64,000 nucleotides of DNA, from positions 32,001-96,000 of IMG/VR virus record IMGVR_UViG_3300029288_000079. The stretch is one strand, 5' to 3'. Position 1 is the first letter of the stretch, and each line of letters starts with the position of its first letter. This stretch comes from a virus (Duplodnaviria > Caudoviricetes). This document shows positions 37,302 through 48,758 of the stretch, one piece after another. Made by a program: the position numbers and the translations under genes. The notes under the pieces are model-generated. The model did not search any database. It was not told the DNA's origin and saw nothing but the letters and a program-made list of their open reading frames with translations.

Positions 37302-40300
37302 TTATGTTTTCTCTAAGGGTAATTTATACAGGTTATAATAAGATAAATCCTTACTTCTAAAAACTCGTGGTTCAATAGCTTTTAAAGCAAATCCATAATA
37401 TTGAAAGTCTCCGGAACCTGAAGCAAATACAGAAACCTTAGACTGATAATAGTTATCCACTGATCCTGACGCTATAATTATAGGCTCAATATATCTAGGA
37501 GCATACTGAATAAATCTTTCTTTAATAGAATCAGGAGTAGATGCCCATGGAGATATCATTATTTCATCTATAGCTATATTATAAGAAGATGAATTATTAT
37601 TACTTATATATAATTCTGTAGGAGAATTAGATATATTCTGTGGATTTACAGTTATAGATCCAGAAGAAATATATTCTCCATCAACAAAAAACTTTGCTTT
37701 ATTATTTTTACATGTTACTGTAAAATAATGATATCTTCTTGGTTCTTCTAATAAATATGTTGATATAGATGCTGATGCGACACTAGTAGTAGATCCTGAC
37801 TTTGCAGTATAAGAAAAAGTTTCTTCATCAGAATCTATAGATATCAAATATCCATCTCCTACCAATGAAGTACCTGCAGCAGATGTAGTCTCGCGCTTCA
37901 AAATTATAAGTCCCGTACCGTCAGCAAAGGTTTTATCAACTCCATTTATTAAAAATTCTGCAGTCAGACCTGCATATGAGTCTATATCATTTGTAGTATT
38001 GCCCGTATAAATTAAACTACTATTAACACCATGATCAACTAAATTCATAGACAAAGCTAGTCTATCTGAAGATCTGCCTATTTCAAATATAGGGTTATTA
38101 GAAGAGCTAGATTTTTGTAGATTATTCATATTACCTGAAATATCCCAAAGTGAACTGCTGCTAAGCATTACCCAATGAGCCCCACAAGCTCCTTTTATTC
38201 CACTATATATAGAATTAATTCCAGTAATATCTATGATACATCCAGAACCAGAACCACCTGTAGTTATATTTCTTTTATTTACAACATATCCACTAGATCC
38301 ACTTGATAATAGAGTTACCTCTGAAACTATACCCCCAGAAATTGCTTTTACTTCAGTTATATTAACAGTACATCCTGATCCTGAACCACCTGTAGTTACA
38401 TTTCCTGTACTTACAGAATATCCACTAGAACCTTCAGAAATTAACTCTAATAAATTAACTTCTCCACCAGTATTTTTATTAATACCTGTTATATTAACAG
38501 TACATCCTGATCCTGAACCACCTGTAGTTACATTTCCTGTACTTACAGAATATCCACTAGAACCACTTGATAATAATGAAATAGAAGATACAACACCTCC
38601 AAGCAGACCCACATCAGGTGTTACCTCAGTTATATTAACAGTACATCCTGATCCTGAACCACCTGTAGTTACATTTCCCGATCCAACTGTATATTTCGAT
38701 TGCCCCCCATAATATAATGAAACTGATGTAGCAGAACCGCCACCATTAGCTTCAATACCTGTTATATTAACAGTACATCCTGATCCTGAACCACCTGTAG
38801 TTACATTTCCTGTACTTACAGAATATCCACTAGAACCACTTGATAATAAATTAACATCTACAATACTACCACCACCACTAGCTTCAATACCTGTTATTTC
38901 AATAGTACATCCTGATCCTGAACCACCTGTAGTTACATTTCCTGTACTTACAGAATATCCACTAGAACCACTTGATAATAATGAAACTGAACCAACTCCC
39001 CCTCCTGATCCTAAAGTTATAATAGACCCAGACATAGTTTGTGTAGGATCACTATACGAACAAAGTATTCCCGAAGCATAATATCCTGGTAAAATTGATG
39101 TTAGAGTAACTACAGGTAATGAACCTGTACCATTCGTAGCAATATGCTTTGTACCTTCATTTATTTTAGATACAATAGCATTAGCGGTATTTACTGCAGA
39201 AGAACCTGATCCTATAGTTAAACTATATCCCGTGTATCCTAAAAGATAAATAGAAGCTATTGATCCTGAACTACTAGTCCCATTTACTGTTATATTAAAA
39301 GATTCTTGTACACCACCACTACTAACAGTTAAAACCTTAGCTACAGCATCACCAGACCCACCCGTTAAAGTAATTAAATCATCTACAGCATAACCTGATC
39401 CACTAGCAGTTGTAGTAGAGTTTATAGCAGAAATTAAACCTGTTAAAGTACTGGCAGAAGCAACTTGTACAGTAGCATCACCAGAACCACCTGTAAGTGT
39501 AAGTATATCTCCTGTTACATAAAGTAATCCTGAAGCAGTTGGGGCAGAAGCTATAGAAGATACCTTACCTATAAGATTTGTTGCTGCTGACACATTAACT
39601 GTAGCATCTCCCGAGCCTCCTACAACAATAAGTCTATCATTAACTACATATCCTGTACCTGAAGCTGTGGGAGAAGAAGCTACTGATATAATTTTACCAC
39701 CACTAGCTTCAATACCTGTTATTTCAATAGTACATCCTGATCCTGAACCACCTGTAGTTACATTTCCTGTACTTACAGAATATCCACTAGAACCACTTGA
39801 TAATAATGAAACTGAACCAACTCCCCCTCCTGATCCTAAAGTTATAATAGACCCAGACATAGTTTGTGTAGGATCACTATACGAACAAAGTATTCCCGAA
39901 GCATAATATCCTGGTAAAATTGATGTTAGAGTAACTACAGGTAATGAACCTGTACCATTCGTAGCAATATGCTTTGTACCTTCATTTATTTTAGATACAA
40001 TAGCATTAGCGGTATTTACTGCAGAAGAACCTGATCCTATAGTTAAACTATATCCCGTGTATCCTAAAAGATAAATAGAAGCTATTGATCCTGAACTACT
40101 AGTCCCATTTACTGTTATATTAAAAGATTCTTGTACACCACCACTACTAACAGTTAAAACCTTAGCTACAGCATCACCAGACCCACCCGTTAAAGTAATT
40201 AAATCATCTACAGCATAACCTGATCCACTAGCAGTTGTAGTAGAGTTTATAGCAGAAATTAAACCTGTTAAAGTACTGGCAGAAGCAACTTGTACAGTAG

Positions 40301-41762
40301 CATCACCAGAACCACCTGTAAGTGTAAGTATATCTCCTACATTATATTTAGAACCCACAACAGTTGGAGTTGAATTTATAGATAATATCGATCCAGATGC
40401 AGTGCTTACTGTCTTAACCTTAACTGTAGCATCTCCAGAACCACCTGTAAGTGTAAGTATATCATCCACCTCATATAGAGATCCCTTAGCTGTAGGAATT
40501 ACATCTATGTTTGATATATTAAATGTTAAAGTACTGGCAGAAGCAACTTGTACAGTAGCATTTCCAGAACCACCTAAAACTGTAAGTATATTTCCTACAA
40601 CATACAGAGATCCGGCAGAATAAGGTGTTGGATTTATAGATGATATTGTTCCTGCTGAAGATAAATCTCCCTCTCCAGCCATCCATTTTATTGGCTCTGA
40701 AGATACTAATTGATAATAGACAGAATCGGGAATAGAAGATGATGCGTAAGATCTTAAATATCTATCATAGTAAGCATCATTCTTAGCCAAACAAGTCCAA
40801 TCTACTACACTTCCACTAGATTGATATATCAAATTAGATGTGTCTAAAACCTCACTTATAATATTATGATTATTACTATCTATCCCCCAAGTAGTTTCTA
40901 TACTATTGGTAAGAAATGAATTTTTCATTTCAAAATAATTAGAATTATATGTTGAGCCTGTAGCACGACTTAAAATATAATCACTCTTATAAAAAAATCT
41001 TGGAACAATATCTGCACGAATATTTTTTGAAATACTTTTTTCAATAGAGTCTTTAAAAGAAGAATCATTAATCAAGGAATAAATATATATGTCCAACCCA
41101 TTGTAAAATTGCTGTCTACTACGTAATTTTGTATTATGACCTAACTTAGTATATGTTACTTTAAAAGTATCCCCTACAGAAAAAGATATATCTGTAGGAA
41201 GAATAGTTCCTATACGAGATATTGATGTGTCAGATATAATAAATCCTTTTCCAATAGCTATAACAGATCCTGATTGATTCGACAAACACCAACCATCATA
41301 TCCAGACCTTTGACTATCAATGATATAGGGGGCCACTCCTAAGTAAGATTGACTAATTAAATCAATACCCATTTGTGTAGTGGCTACATTAGATGCTTCA
41401 TTTATTAATTTTAAGTTTGTACGGTAATCCTGAAGACCTGAATCATTATTATATGTCTCGTAATCTTGATTGCTTTGCTTTAATAATTGTGCAAGTACAC
41501 CAAAATTTTCATATATTTTAGTATTATCACTAGATCCTACAGGTATAGTCCTAACTTCATCAATATTAAGATCATTATATGTATTATTTATTTCTGTAGA
41601 AGCTGAGGATAACTGATCAGCACTCATATAAAGCATCTTGTAAATAGAAGTTCCAAGAATATTTACGGGATACCAACGAGGTGACAAATAAGAAAACATA
41701 TTTGCAACTATTCTATTAACTGAGCCTGCAGCATGATCAGACCATTTTAAGTATATTGCCAT
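37302..41762 (-). CDS. Large baseplate/fibre protein with Ser/Gly/Thr-rich repeats and a C-terminal LamG-like domain
   Basis: Directly after baseplate J; repeated SSGSSGYSVSTGNVTTGGSGSGCT units; YHYFTVT...FFVDGE...IDEIMIS. Confidence 0.65.
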   Translation of the reverse strand: MAIYLKWSDHAAGSVNRIVANMFSYLSPRWYPVNILGTSIYKMLYMSADQLSSASTEINNTYNDLNIDEVRTIPVGSSDNTKIYENFGVLAQLLKQSNQDYETYNNDSGLQDYRTNLKLINEASNVATTQMGIDLISQSYLGVAPYIIDSQRSGYDGWCLSNQSGSVIAIGKGFIISDTSISRIGTILPTDISFSVGDTFKVTYTKLGHNTKLRSRQQFYNGLDIYIYSLINDSSFKDSIEKSISKNIRADIVPRFFYKSDYILSRATGSTYNSNYFEMKNSFLTNSIETTWGIDSNNHNIISEVLDTSNLIYQSSGSVVDWTCLAKNDAYYDRYLRSYASSSIPDSVYYQLVSSEPIKWMAGEGDLSSAGTISSINPTPYSAGSLYVVGNILTVLGGSGNATVQVASASTLTFNISNIDVIPTAKGSLYEVDDILTLTGGSGDATVKVKTVSTASGSILSINSTPTVVGSKYNVGDILTLTGGSGDATVQVASASTLTGLISAINSTTTASGSGYAVDDLITLTGGSGDAVAKVLTVSSGGVQESFNITVNGTSSSGSIASIYLLGYTGYSLTIGSGSSAVNTANAIVSKINEGTKHIATNGTGSLPVVTLTSILPGYYASGILCSYSDPTQTMSGSIITLGSGGGVGSVSLLSSGSSGYSVSTGNVTTGGSGSGCTIEITGIEASGGKIISVASSPTASGTGYVVNDRLIVVGGSGDATVNVSAATNLIGKVSSIASAPTASGLLYVTGDILTLTGGSGDATVQVASASTLTGLISAINSTTTASGSGYAVDDLITLTGGSGDAVAKVLTVSSGGVQESFNITVNGTSSSGSIASIYLLGYTGYSLTIGSGSSAVNTANAIVSKINEGTKHIATNGTGSLPVVTLTSILPGYYASGILCSYSDPTQTMSGSIITLGSGGGVGSVSLLSSGSSGYSVSTGNVTTGGSGSGCTIEITGIEASGGGSIVDVNLLSSGSSGYSVSTGNVTTGGSGSGCTVNITGIEANGGGSATSVSLYYGGQSKYTVGSGNVTTGGSGSGCTVNITEVTPDVGLLGGVVSSISLLSSGSSGYSVSTGNVTTGGSGSGCTVNITGINKNTGGEVNLLELISEGSSGYSVSTGNVTTGGSGSGCTVNITEVKAISGGIVSEVTLLSSGSSGYVVNKRNITTGGSGSGCIIDITGINSIYSGIKGACGAHWVMLSSSSLWDISGNMNNLQKSSSSNNPIFEIGRSSDRLALSMNLVDHGVNSSLIYTGNTTNDIDSYAGLTAEFLINGVDKTFADGTGLIILKRETTSAAGTSLVGDGYLISIDSDEETFSYTAKSGSTTSVASASISTYLLEEPRRYHYFTVTCKNNKAKFFVDGEYISSGSITVNPQNISNSPTELYISNNNSSSYNIAIDEIMISPWASTPDSIKERFIQYAPRYIEPIIIASGSVDNYYQSKVSVFASGSGDFQYYGFALKAIEPRVFRSKDLSYYNLYKLPLEKT
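38871..40338. repeat. 643-bp direct repeat (38871-39513 = 39696-40338)
   Basis: Copies appear identical by eye; offset 825 bp, in frame. Confidence 0.9.
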
Positions 41763-41763
41763 T

Positions 41764-43170
41764 TTAACTCATCAAATTTATTGTAGTTGTACCTGCTATG
41801 CAATACCCATATGCAGGTAATTGTAAATTACCTAAAGAGTTTTTAACTATAGTACCATCAGAACTTTGAAATGTTGTTAAGGGTAATAATATATCATCAA
41901 CTCCAGGAACATTAAGTATAATCCTAGTCAAATCCGCCTGTTGAATTTCACTACCAATAACTAATCCGGATAAATATGTTGAAAGTTCGGATGTTACTAT
42001 AGCTTCTACATCCGAGAAACTAAATCCACTTATAACTTTCATTGAAAACTCTATATTTATAGGTATTTCCTGAGCCCACTTTACTAAAATATTAGCATTT
42101 AAAGTATCCGTATTAGTTTTATTGAATAAATTTTGAATATCCTCTACAAGACCATTATAATTATAAATAACAGATACTACACCATAACTACTATCTGTTG
42201 ATATAATCCAGTTTAACTTATCTTGAGCTGCAACAGAACCTCTATAGGATCCTGTATCTTTAACAAGACTATAATTTGAGGATGAGATTGATCCAGAAGA
42301 ACTGGACAACACAGATACAATTCCACTAGTTAGTATAGGTTGTTTAGAAAATACTACACTTTCAAAATCAGTTCCTAATGGGATTATAACTTCAGTATTA
42401 GATTTAGTAACTATTCCTTTTACATAAACATCTATGGCTCCCAATTGTTCTCTTTCTGTACCTCCATGAGCTACTATCACAACATCCTCAACAGCTTGCT
42501 GAGATGCTACCAATGATTGTATACCATTCTCTGTACTAACATTAACTCCTAACCATCTTGCAGCTATCCTAGAGCATAATTGATCATTTGATTCTGCATC
42601 AACCCCACCTGTTGTAGCACTAGTATTTGTACATCCGTTTATACCATTTATAGAATTTATTAGAGATACTATAGTTCCTGACCCCACATTACCTACGGTA
42701 CCACCTGTAAGAGCCTCTATAGATGCGGATATTTCATATCGACCTGTTACTGCATTAAAATAATTAGATGAAAAATCTGCATACATAACTACTGTTTGAA
42801 TAGTTGAAAATTGTATATTTGAAGAGGTTGTAGATGATAATGTGGCCACCGTAGTATTAACAGGTATAGTAATGTCTGCTGTTGGTACGCTGTTCACATA
42901 AAATACAACATTTCCTCTGGCAGATCTAGCAGATTTCCTTATAAGACCCATGTTATTCGCAATAACATTCAATCCGGAATCTGAAGCTGTTTCTGTAGAC
43001 TGATCCAATTGTGTTAACTCTACTTCATCATATAAAGATTCTATCTCCTTGGCAGGTGCTGATATTACTACATCAGACAAAAAAGTTCCTTCCGATGTAT
43101 TTGCAGTAGGATAAAGACTCAAAATATATGACTTCATTGAATTAACAATATTTATAAAAGACTTAATCAT
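41764..43170 (-). CDS. Baseplate J-like wedge protein
   Basis: RKSARSARGNV, GGTVGNV, TGGVDAESNDQL..RI, VPGVDD motifs. Confidence 0.88.
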   Translation of the reverse strand: MIKSFINIVNSMKSYILSLYPTANTSEGTFLSDVVISAPAKEIESLYDEVELTQLDQSTETASDSGLNVIANNMGLIRKSARSARGNVVFYVNSVPTADITIPVNTTVATLSSTTSSNIQFSTIQTVVMYADFSSNYFNAVTGRYEISASIEALTGGTVGNVGSGTIVSLINSINGINGCTNTSATTGGVDAESNDQLCSRIAARWLGVNVSTENGIQSLVASQQAVEDVVIVAHGGTEREQLGAIDVYVKGIVTKSNTEVIIPLGTDFESVVFSKQPILTSGIVSVLSSSSGSISSSNYSLVKDTGSYRGSVAAQDKLNWIISTDSSYGVVSVIYNYNGLVEDIQNLFNKTNTDTLNANILVKWAQEIPINIEFSMKVISGFSFSDVEAIVTSELSTYLSGLVIGSEIQQADLTRIILNVPGVDDILLPLTTFQSSDGTIVKNSLGNLQLPAYGYCIAGTTTINLMS

Positions 43171-43174
43171 TTTA

Positions 43175-43660
43175 TTACCTTGATAATATTGTGTTAATTT
43201 CTGGTTTTTGATTAGAAACTGTTCTTAATGTTAGAACTATGTCCAATTTTCTAGGTTCTATTATGTTTTGCATAACATTTAATGATACAATAGATTTTAT
43301 TTCTTCGTTAGTACTTATCTTTACACCTCTAGATTTTTCTTCTTGTTGCATTGTACTCAAATATGAGATACACCTTACTATTTCTCTATATACAGCTAAG
43401 GTTGTTGTAGTATCTATAACACCTTTCATCAAGGAATAGTCAAATCCATATCCCGTAGACCTCTTATTTTCTGTCAATATTTTTAATACCTGTTGATTAA
43501 GACTACTTTGATTATATATTGCTGAAAGATTTCCCAAACTATCAAATTTACACTCTCCAATATATCCCAACCCCAAACATTTTGGACAGTTATTTAATGT
43601 ATATCCAACAGAAGGATCCCCTGCTATATGATCACATGTAACCCTATTTAATATATCCAT
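43175..43660 (-). CDS. Baseplate wedge/sheath initiator (gp25/gpW-like)
   Basis: LNQQVLKILTE...GYG; lies between spike and J; N-terminal CPKCxGxG. Confidence 0.65.
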   Translation of the reverse strand: MDILNRVTCDHIAGDPSVGYTLNNCPKCLGLGYIGECKFDSLGNLSAIYNQSSLNQQVLKILTENKRSTGYGFDYSLMKGVIDTTTTLAVYREIVRCISYLSTMQQEEKSRGVKISTNEEIKSIVSLNVMQNIIEPRKLDIVLTLRTVSNQKPEINTILSR

Positions 43661-44697
43661 TATCCAACCTTTATTGTATCACTAGCTTTTGTAATTTTAC
43701 CTGTAAGTGTTATGGTACTAATATTATTATGAGTATTAGAATCTACAGTAATTTCACCTGGATTTACTGTCACTGTTACCTCATCGTCTAATCTTGCAGC
43801 ACCTTTAGTACCATTATTCAATATAATTTGTTGAGCATTAAGTAATAATTGTTTCATTAAATGCATTACCACATCTTCAGCTAAATTTGCGTATACTTTA
43901 CCATCTTTTGCTATTTTTATGTTCAATAATTCTGTACCACCCCTTTGTATTATTAAATCTAAGCAAAGTGCGTTAACACTGTCAGCTACAACTACCGAGC
44001 CTACATGATTTAAAGCTTCTCCATCATCATTTACAACAGTTCCTGCAGCTATATCTATAATAGGATCTTCAGTACTACCTATAGCATTATCAGCCTTTTC
44101 AGATATTTGTAATTTATATTCAGTTAAATAATCGCCAGATGAATTTTTTATAAATTGTAAAGACTTAGATCCTAAACTAGTAACCATTCTTTTAATAAGA
44201 CCCATAAAAGAAATTCCAGCCTCAGAAATATTTTTTATATTAATTGTATCTGTAAAAAATGTTCCTGTAGAAGCTTCTAATTGTATCTTATTCTGATCAG
44301 GTGTAAGAGCAACTATATCTCCATTAACTCGCATGTGTAAAGTAGTACCGGCAACTTCAAACAAAGACTCACCTGGCTTTAATTTTGGTAAGGAATGTTG
44401 CTTTATTACACGACTAGCATGACCTCTATTTATATAACGTAAAATTCTGGCTTGCTCCATAGAATCGAATCCAATAATAACTATAGAACCAACCTCGGGT
44501 ATAACCCAATCCTTATTATTGGCCTGTGTTAGAATTACATCCTTTCTTACTCCAGGTCTATCAAACCATCGAACATCACAAATTCCTCTCTCAGCATCTA
44601 CAGTTACAATTTGACCAGTCCTTAAATATTGATTAAGATTCCTCTGTATAATAGGACTTTGCAACTGCCTGGGATATAGTTTTTTACGTCGTATCAT
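43660..44697 (-). CDS. Baseplate central spike (gpV/gp5-like)
   Basis: OB-fold GQIVTVD...PEVGSIVIIGF; C-terminal AARLDD...GKIT..SDTIKVG. Confidence 0.7.
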   Translation of the reverse strand: MIRRKKLYPRQLQSPIIQRNLNQYLRTGQIVTVDAERGICDVRWFDRPGVRKDVILTQANNKDWVIPEVGSIVIIGFDSMEQARILRYINRGHASRVIKQHSLPKLKPGESLFEVAGTTLHMRVNGDIVALTPDQNKIQLEASTGTFFTDTINIKNISEAGISFMGLIKRMVTSLGSKSLQFIKNSSGDYLTEYKLQISEKADNAIGSTEDPIIDIAAGTVVNDDGEALNHVGSVVVADSVNALCLDLIIQRGGTELLNIKIAKDGKVYANLAEDVVMHLMKQLLLNAQQIILNNGTKGAARLDDEVTVTVNPGEITVDSNTHNNISTITLTGKITKASDTIKVG

Positions 44698-44772
44698 GAT
44701 TTGTTTTTATCCATACCTTACACTTATATATGTGCCAAAAAATCCAAAATTCAATATATTATAACTATAATA

Positions 44773-46449
44773 TTACGATGGTGTCAATTTGTAATAGCTA
44801 ACCCACAGATGAGATCCCTTGTATATTATCTTCGTTGCCTCATATTCTTCTCCCACACCTACTGGTGGTAATGAGTGAGTGTATTCAGCAGTAACTCCTT
44901 CTGGTGTAATACCTAAAACTTTAAAATTATCGGTATTTAGTGTATACTCTATTGAAAATGCCCCAGTATTATCGCTTGCAACAGCCGCATAAGTTAACTC
45001 CACTGCAAAAGTTGGATAAGATTGTATTGCGAGTGTAGATTTATTAATTCTTATAAAATTATTAGATATAGGTACACTATAATTTGACATAGTTGCCCAA
45101 ATATAGTCACCCCCATCACATACACCCAATATGTATAAAGGTCCTGGTAATGTAATTGTATTGATAACACTACCATCTTTAGAAATACGGTACATATCAG
45201 AGAAATCGCACCACATATGTGTACCATCGTAAACAAAATCATAAAGATTGATAGTTCCTGGAAAATCCAAAAACCACGTAAATACCCCTGAAGGACTTAC
45301 TTTATATATTACACCATAATGCTTAGTTGTATCCCCACCTGCAAACCAGCAATCAGTCCCATCGCACCCTAGAGATCCATACTGAAGATTGTAATTCAAA
45401 TTAGCAGGTATATTAGCTGTATATATTGATGGTACACCTGCTAATGTAATTTTACCAAATGCAAGATCAAAATCTATATCGTTATCATACCCAACAAACC
45501 ATATTTCATTATTTCCTATAGCCATTGATAGAATACTATATATCCCAGTAGCCCATGTCGCTACTATGTTACCATTTACATCTACCTTACGTATGCTACC
45601 GCTGTAACTAAAATATCCGTATGTACCATCTGATACTACGCTTCCACCTAAGCTAACTATAAGTGTGTCCCAAGTTTTTTTAGGATCATAAGGTTCTTCA
45701 GTTACATGTGGTATAGCTGAGAATGAAGCTTTATTATCTGTAGAAATTTTACCTAATATTTTAATTTTAGGCCTTCCAATAGACTTAATATCTATTATTT
45801 TTTTTAATTTAGATATTTTAATAGATTTAATATCTACTATTTTTTTTATCAAAAGTTTTTCTAAACCTATATTAGGATTCTGTACATTATGATATTCAAA
45901 AGGTTTTTCAGGTATTAGCCTTACTGGATCTGTAGGCAAATACTCTTCTCTATATGAATCTGAGGATCCTATAGAATCTTTTTCAAAAAACATTATTCCA
46001 GGACAAGTTGTTGAAGATTCATCGTCGTGGTAAATTATATCAGTTATAGTAAGTATATCTTTTTTCAAGAATGCCAGCACCTGTTGCAAGGAGTTAAGTT
46101 GAAAATTTGATGGTCTTACAATATCAAAGTTACCTACTAAAGCTATATGTACATAATGTAGATTGGAGTAATAGGTGTCTCCTGCATCCGACAAATGATG
46201 TCTCGTAAATCTTTTAGCTAATGTATTTATACTAACATTTTCGGAATAATTATTAGAATTGCTTCCAAACATCCATCGAGCAGTAAGATCGATCTTACCA
46301 TCATAATTTATCAGAATATCATAAGGAGCTCCAAATTGTTGATTCTTTATAAATATATTATTGACCTCTTTACCAACTATACCTGATTGAGTATTAGTGT
46401 GATGTAACATGATCTTAGTAATATCAGTATTTAATCTTATAGAGATCAT
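44773..46449 (-). CDS. Amidase_2 (PGRP/T7-lysozyme-like) domain fused to a beta-propeller-like domain
   Basis: LHHT, PY, IALVGNF, YH, TCPG; C-terminal DGT.xW repeats. Confidence 0.7.
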   Translation of the reverse strand: MISIRLNTDITKIMLHHTNTQSGIVGKEVNNIFIKNQQFGAPYDILINYDGKIDLTARWMFGSNSNNYSENVSINTLAKRFTRHHLSDAGDTYYSNLHYVHIALVGNFDIVRPSNFQLNSLQQVLAFLKKDILTITDIIYHDDESSTTCPGIMFFEKDSIGSSDSYREEYLPTDPVRLIPEKPFEYHNVQNPNIGLEKLLIKKIVDIKSIKISKLKKIIDIKSIGRPKIKILGKISTDNKASFSAIPHVTEEPYDPKKTWDTLIVSLGGSVVSDGTYGYFSYSGSIRKVDVNGNIVATWATGIYSILSMAIGNNEIWFVGYDNDIDFDLAFGKITLAGVPSIYTANIPANLNYNLQYGSLGCDGTDCWFAGGDTTKHYGVIYKVSPSGVFTWFLDFPGTINLYDFVYDGTHMWCDFSDMYRISKDGSVINTITLPGPLYILGVCDGGDYIWATMSNYSVPISNNFIRINKSTLAIQSYPTFAVELTYAAVASDNTGAFSIEYTLNTDNFKVLGITPEGVTAEYTHSLPPVGVGEEYEATKIIYKGSHLWVSYYKLTPS

Positions 46450-46451
46450 TA

Positions 46452-48758
46452 TTATTTCTGCTCAAATTTTGTATGTTTATTACTGCTATCTGAGATATCA
46501 CTTCTATCACTCCCATTGACAGTATTCATACTACTCATAAAATTAGTTTTATCTAAAGTATCTTTTGCAGTGAATGTAGATGATTTGAGTCCAACTTTAG
46601 ACAGTGGATCTGTACTTTTATCACTTTTAGATGAATCATTTAAAGAACTCTTTTTAGATTTTTCTGTATTTTTAGAAGCACTTTTATGGTTTATAGAAGA
46701 TCCCATTAGATCGCTGGCTGAAATATACAAAATCTCAGGAACGGTTTCCCATGGCTTTCTTCCGTAAGACAAATGCAGAGTTGTCTCAAACCTGCTGCCA
46801 AAAGTAAAAGAATGATCCACACTCTCTACATAGTATATCATATTACGTATAGGAACATAGATAGGATATCCTGGAGATATTTCAGGCCTACCAACTATTG
46901 TGAGTTGTCCTGTATTATTTTCTGCTAACATTTTCTTAAATAGATTCTTTGCATACATCTGTAAAACTTGATGATTTTTTGAAAACATATCATTATTTAC
47001 TTTACCACTATTATCTATAAATGTTCCTTTGGTATTAATTAACGGATTACTATATGTAAAAATTCTTTGTCCATATTGAAGTATAATATTTTCATCTCGT
47101 ACTGTTGCAGTATAAGGAACTAATTCATTTATTTCTCCGTCAGAGAATTCCCAATCAGGTTCAGTATTAACAGTAATAGAACTATATATTTTAGAATCAT
47201 CCTCTATAAAGCCATAGCTAACAATATCCTCTGTTCTAACTATATATATTTCCGGATTCTCGGCAGTAATAATATGTGTGTTGTTAAATCTAGGTGGACA
47301 AAACCAAACTTCCCCATTTCTATCGGCATAGAAGGTAAATGCAGAATCTTCAGCAACTTTATAAGCAATATCTCTTTTTACCTGAAAGTCATTCTGAAAA
47401 AGTCTATAGTTACCATCTTTAAAGGCCATTTCATATGATCGAAACCCTTCTATTTTTGAACTATGTATAAAAGGATCAATAATATGAACTTTAGAAGGTG
47501 TAAAAAGATCCCCCAATATACTTTTAAAAGAGGCTAATGAGTAATTTTTATTACTATTCCGCATCTTTTTTAGCCTAGAAGCTTCATCTTTATCATCAAT
47601 TCTTTTAATAATCTTATTACCTTGATTATCTACCGATATTTCAATATCATATTGTGTTTTTTTATTTCCATCTGTATCAGGTGCAATCTCCCAATATCCC
47701 GTACCTTTTATATTTATATTTCTTCCAGCAGATTTAAAATTACCTCCTACTGTAAAATATTTTATAATCTCAGGTGGTGTTAAACTTCTAAGTATGTCTG
47801 TATACAGAGTTATGTCATCTTCAGCAGATCTATCAGGAGCTACATCTTTGTTAGACGACAACGAGGGATTAACATTAACCACAGATAATCGCATCATCTT
47901 AGTTACATCTTCACCCTGTATCTCAATAGTATTATTATTCTCAGAATATCCCTGTTGAACTGTATTAATAAATCCAGTAAAAACTCTCATAAGCTTCCTA
48001 CCATCATTACTATTCGAAGTAGACTCCGACTCTTCATTTTCAAATCTTTTAGATAAAAATATTACAATTCTATCCATTGGAGATATCCGGCATCTACCTC
48101 TTAGAAATAGTTTAGTATCCTCACCCTGTTCCTCTTTGTCTCTATATTTTGTAATAAAATCTTCATTTTTATGTTTAATTACTGTAAACTTTTGCATCTC
48201 CCCAGATGAATTTTTAGTCTTTAAAACTTTGAAAGATATAATATTACCATTACTTACACCTATAAATGGATCTGTAGTACCTGTAGGCATTATCCATATA
48301 ACTCCACCCTCACTATTAAAAGCCCAACGTTCTACTATAGTCTGATTTATATCTCTACGATAATATACAGGATATATGCCATTCTTATCTTTTAAAGAAA
48401 TATGATCAAAACTCAACCAATCATCATAATTTTTAAATTCATAGTAGTTTGCCCCGCTAAAGTTAGCGTTAGCAACACCTTTTAAAACACTTTTTGTTTT
48501 ACCTTCACTGTAACCATATAGATTCTCTATTTCTACTACAGGATCTTCTTGAGCAAGATACTTGTTAGCAGTATCTGAGATAGTTAGACTAAATGTTCCA
48601 GGACTGTTATTTACAGTCAAATTAACTGAAACAGACATTATTTCTGGCTTAGATCCTATATTAGAGAACATCATAGTCTCAGATTCTTTTATCTGATTAT
48701 CTTGAAATCCTGGAACAATTAAAACCATACAGTCAGGATAAAAATGCTTTGTATTCAT
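46452..48758 (-). CDS. Baseplate hub / tail protein
   Basis: VFTGFI, FYADRNG..FCPP, GRPEISPGYPI, YYVESVDHSF. Confidence 0.75.
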   Translation of the reverse strand: MNTKHFYPDCMVLIVPGFQDNQIKESETMMFSNIGSKPEIMSVSVNLTVNNSPGTFSLTISDTANKYLAQEDPVVEIENLYGYSEGKTKSVLKGVANANFSGANYYEFKNYDDWLSFDHISLKDKNGIYPVYYRRDINQTIVERWAFNSEGGVIWIMPTGTTDPFIGVSNGNIISFKVLKTKNSSGEMQKFTVIKHKNEDFITKYRDKEEQGEDTKLFLRGRCRISPMDRIVIFLSKRFENEESESTSNSNDGRKLMRVFTGFINTVQQGYSENNNTIEIQGEDVTKMMRLSVVNVNPSLSSNKDVAPDRSAEDDITLYTDILRSLTPPEIIKYFTVGGNFKSAGRNINIKGTGYWEIAPDTDGNKKTQYDIEISVDNQGNKIIKRIDDKDEASRLKKMRNSNKNYSLASFKSILGDLFTPSKVHIIDPFIHSSKIEGFRSYEMAFKDGNYRLFQNDFQVKRDIAYKVAEDSAFTFYADRNGEVWFCPPRFNNTHIITAENPEIYIVRTEDIVSYGFIEDDSKIYSSITVNTEPDWEFSDGEINELVPYTATVRDENIILQYGQRIFTYSNPLINTKGTFIDNSGKVNNDMFSKNHQVLQMYAKNLFKKMLAENNTGQLTIVGRPEISPGYPIYVPIRNMIYYVESVDHSFTFGSRFETTLHLSYGRKPWETVPEILYISASDLMGSSINHKSASKNTEKSKKSSLNDSSKSDKSTDPLSKVGLKSSTFTAKDTLDKTNFMSSMNTVNGSDRSDISDSSNKHTKFEQK

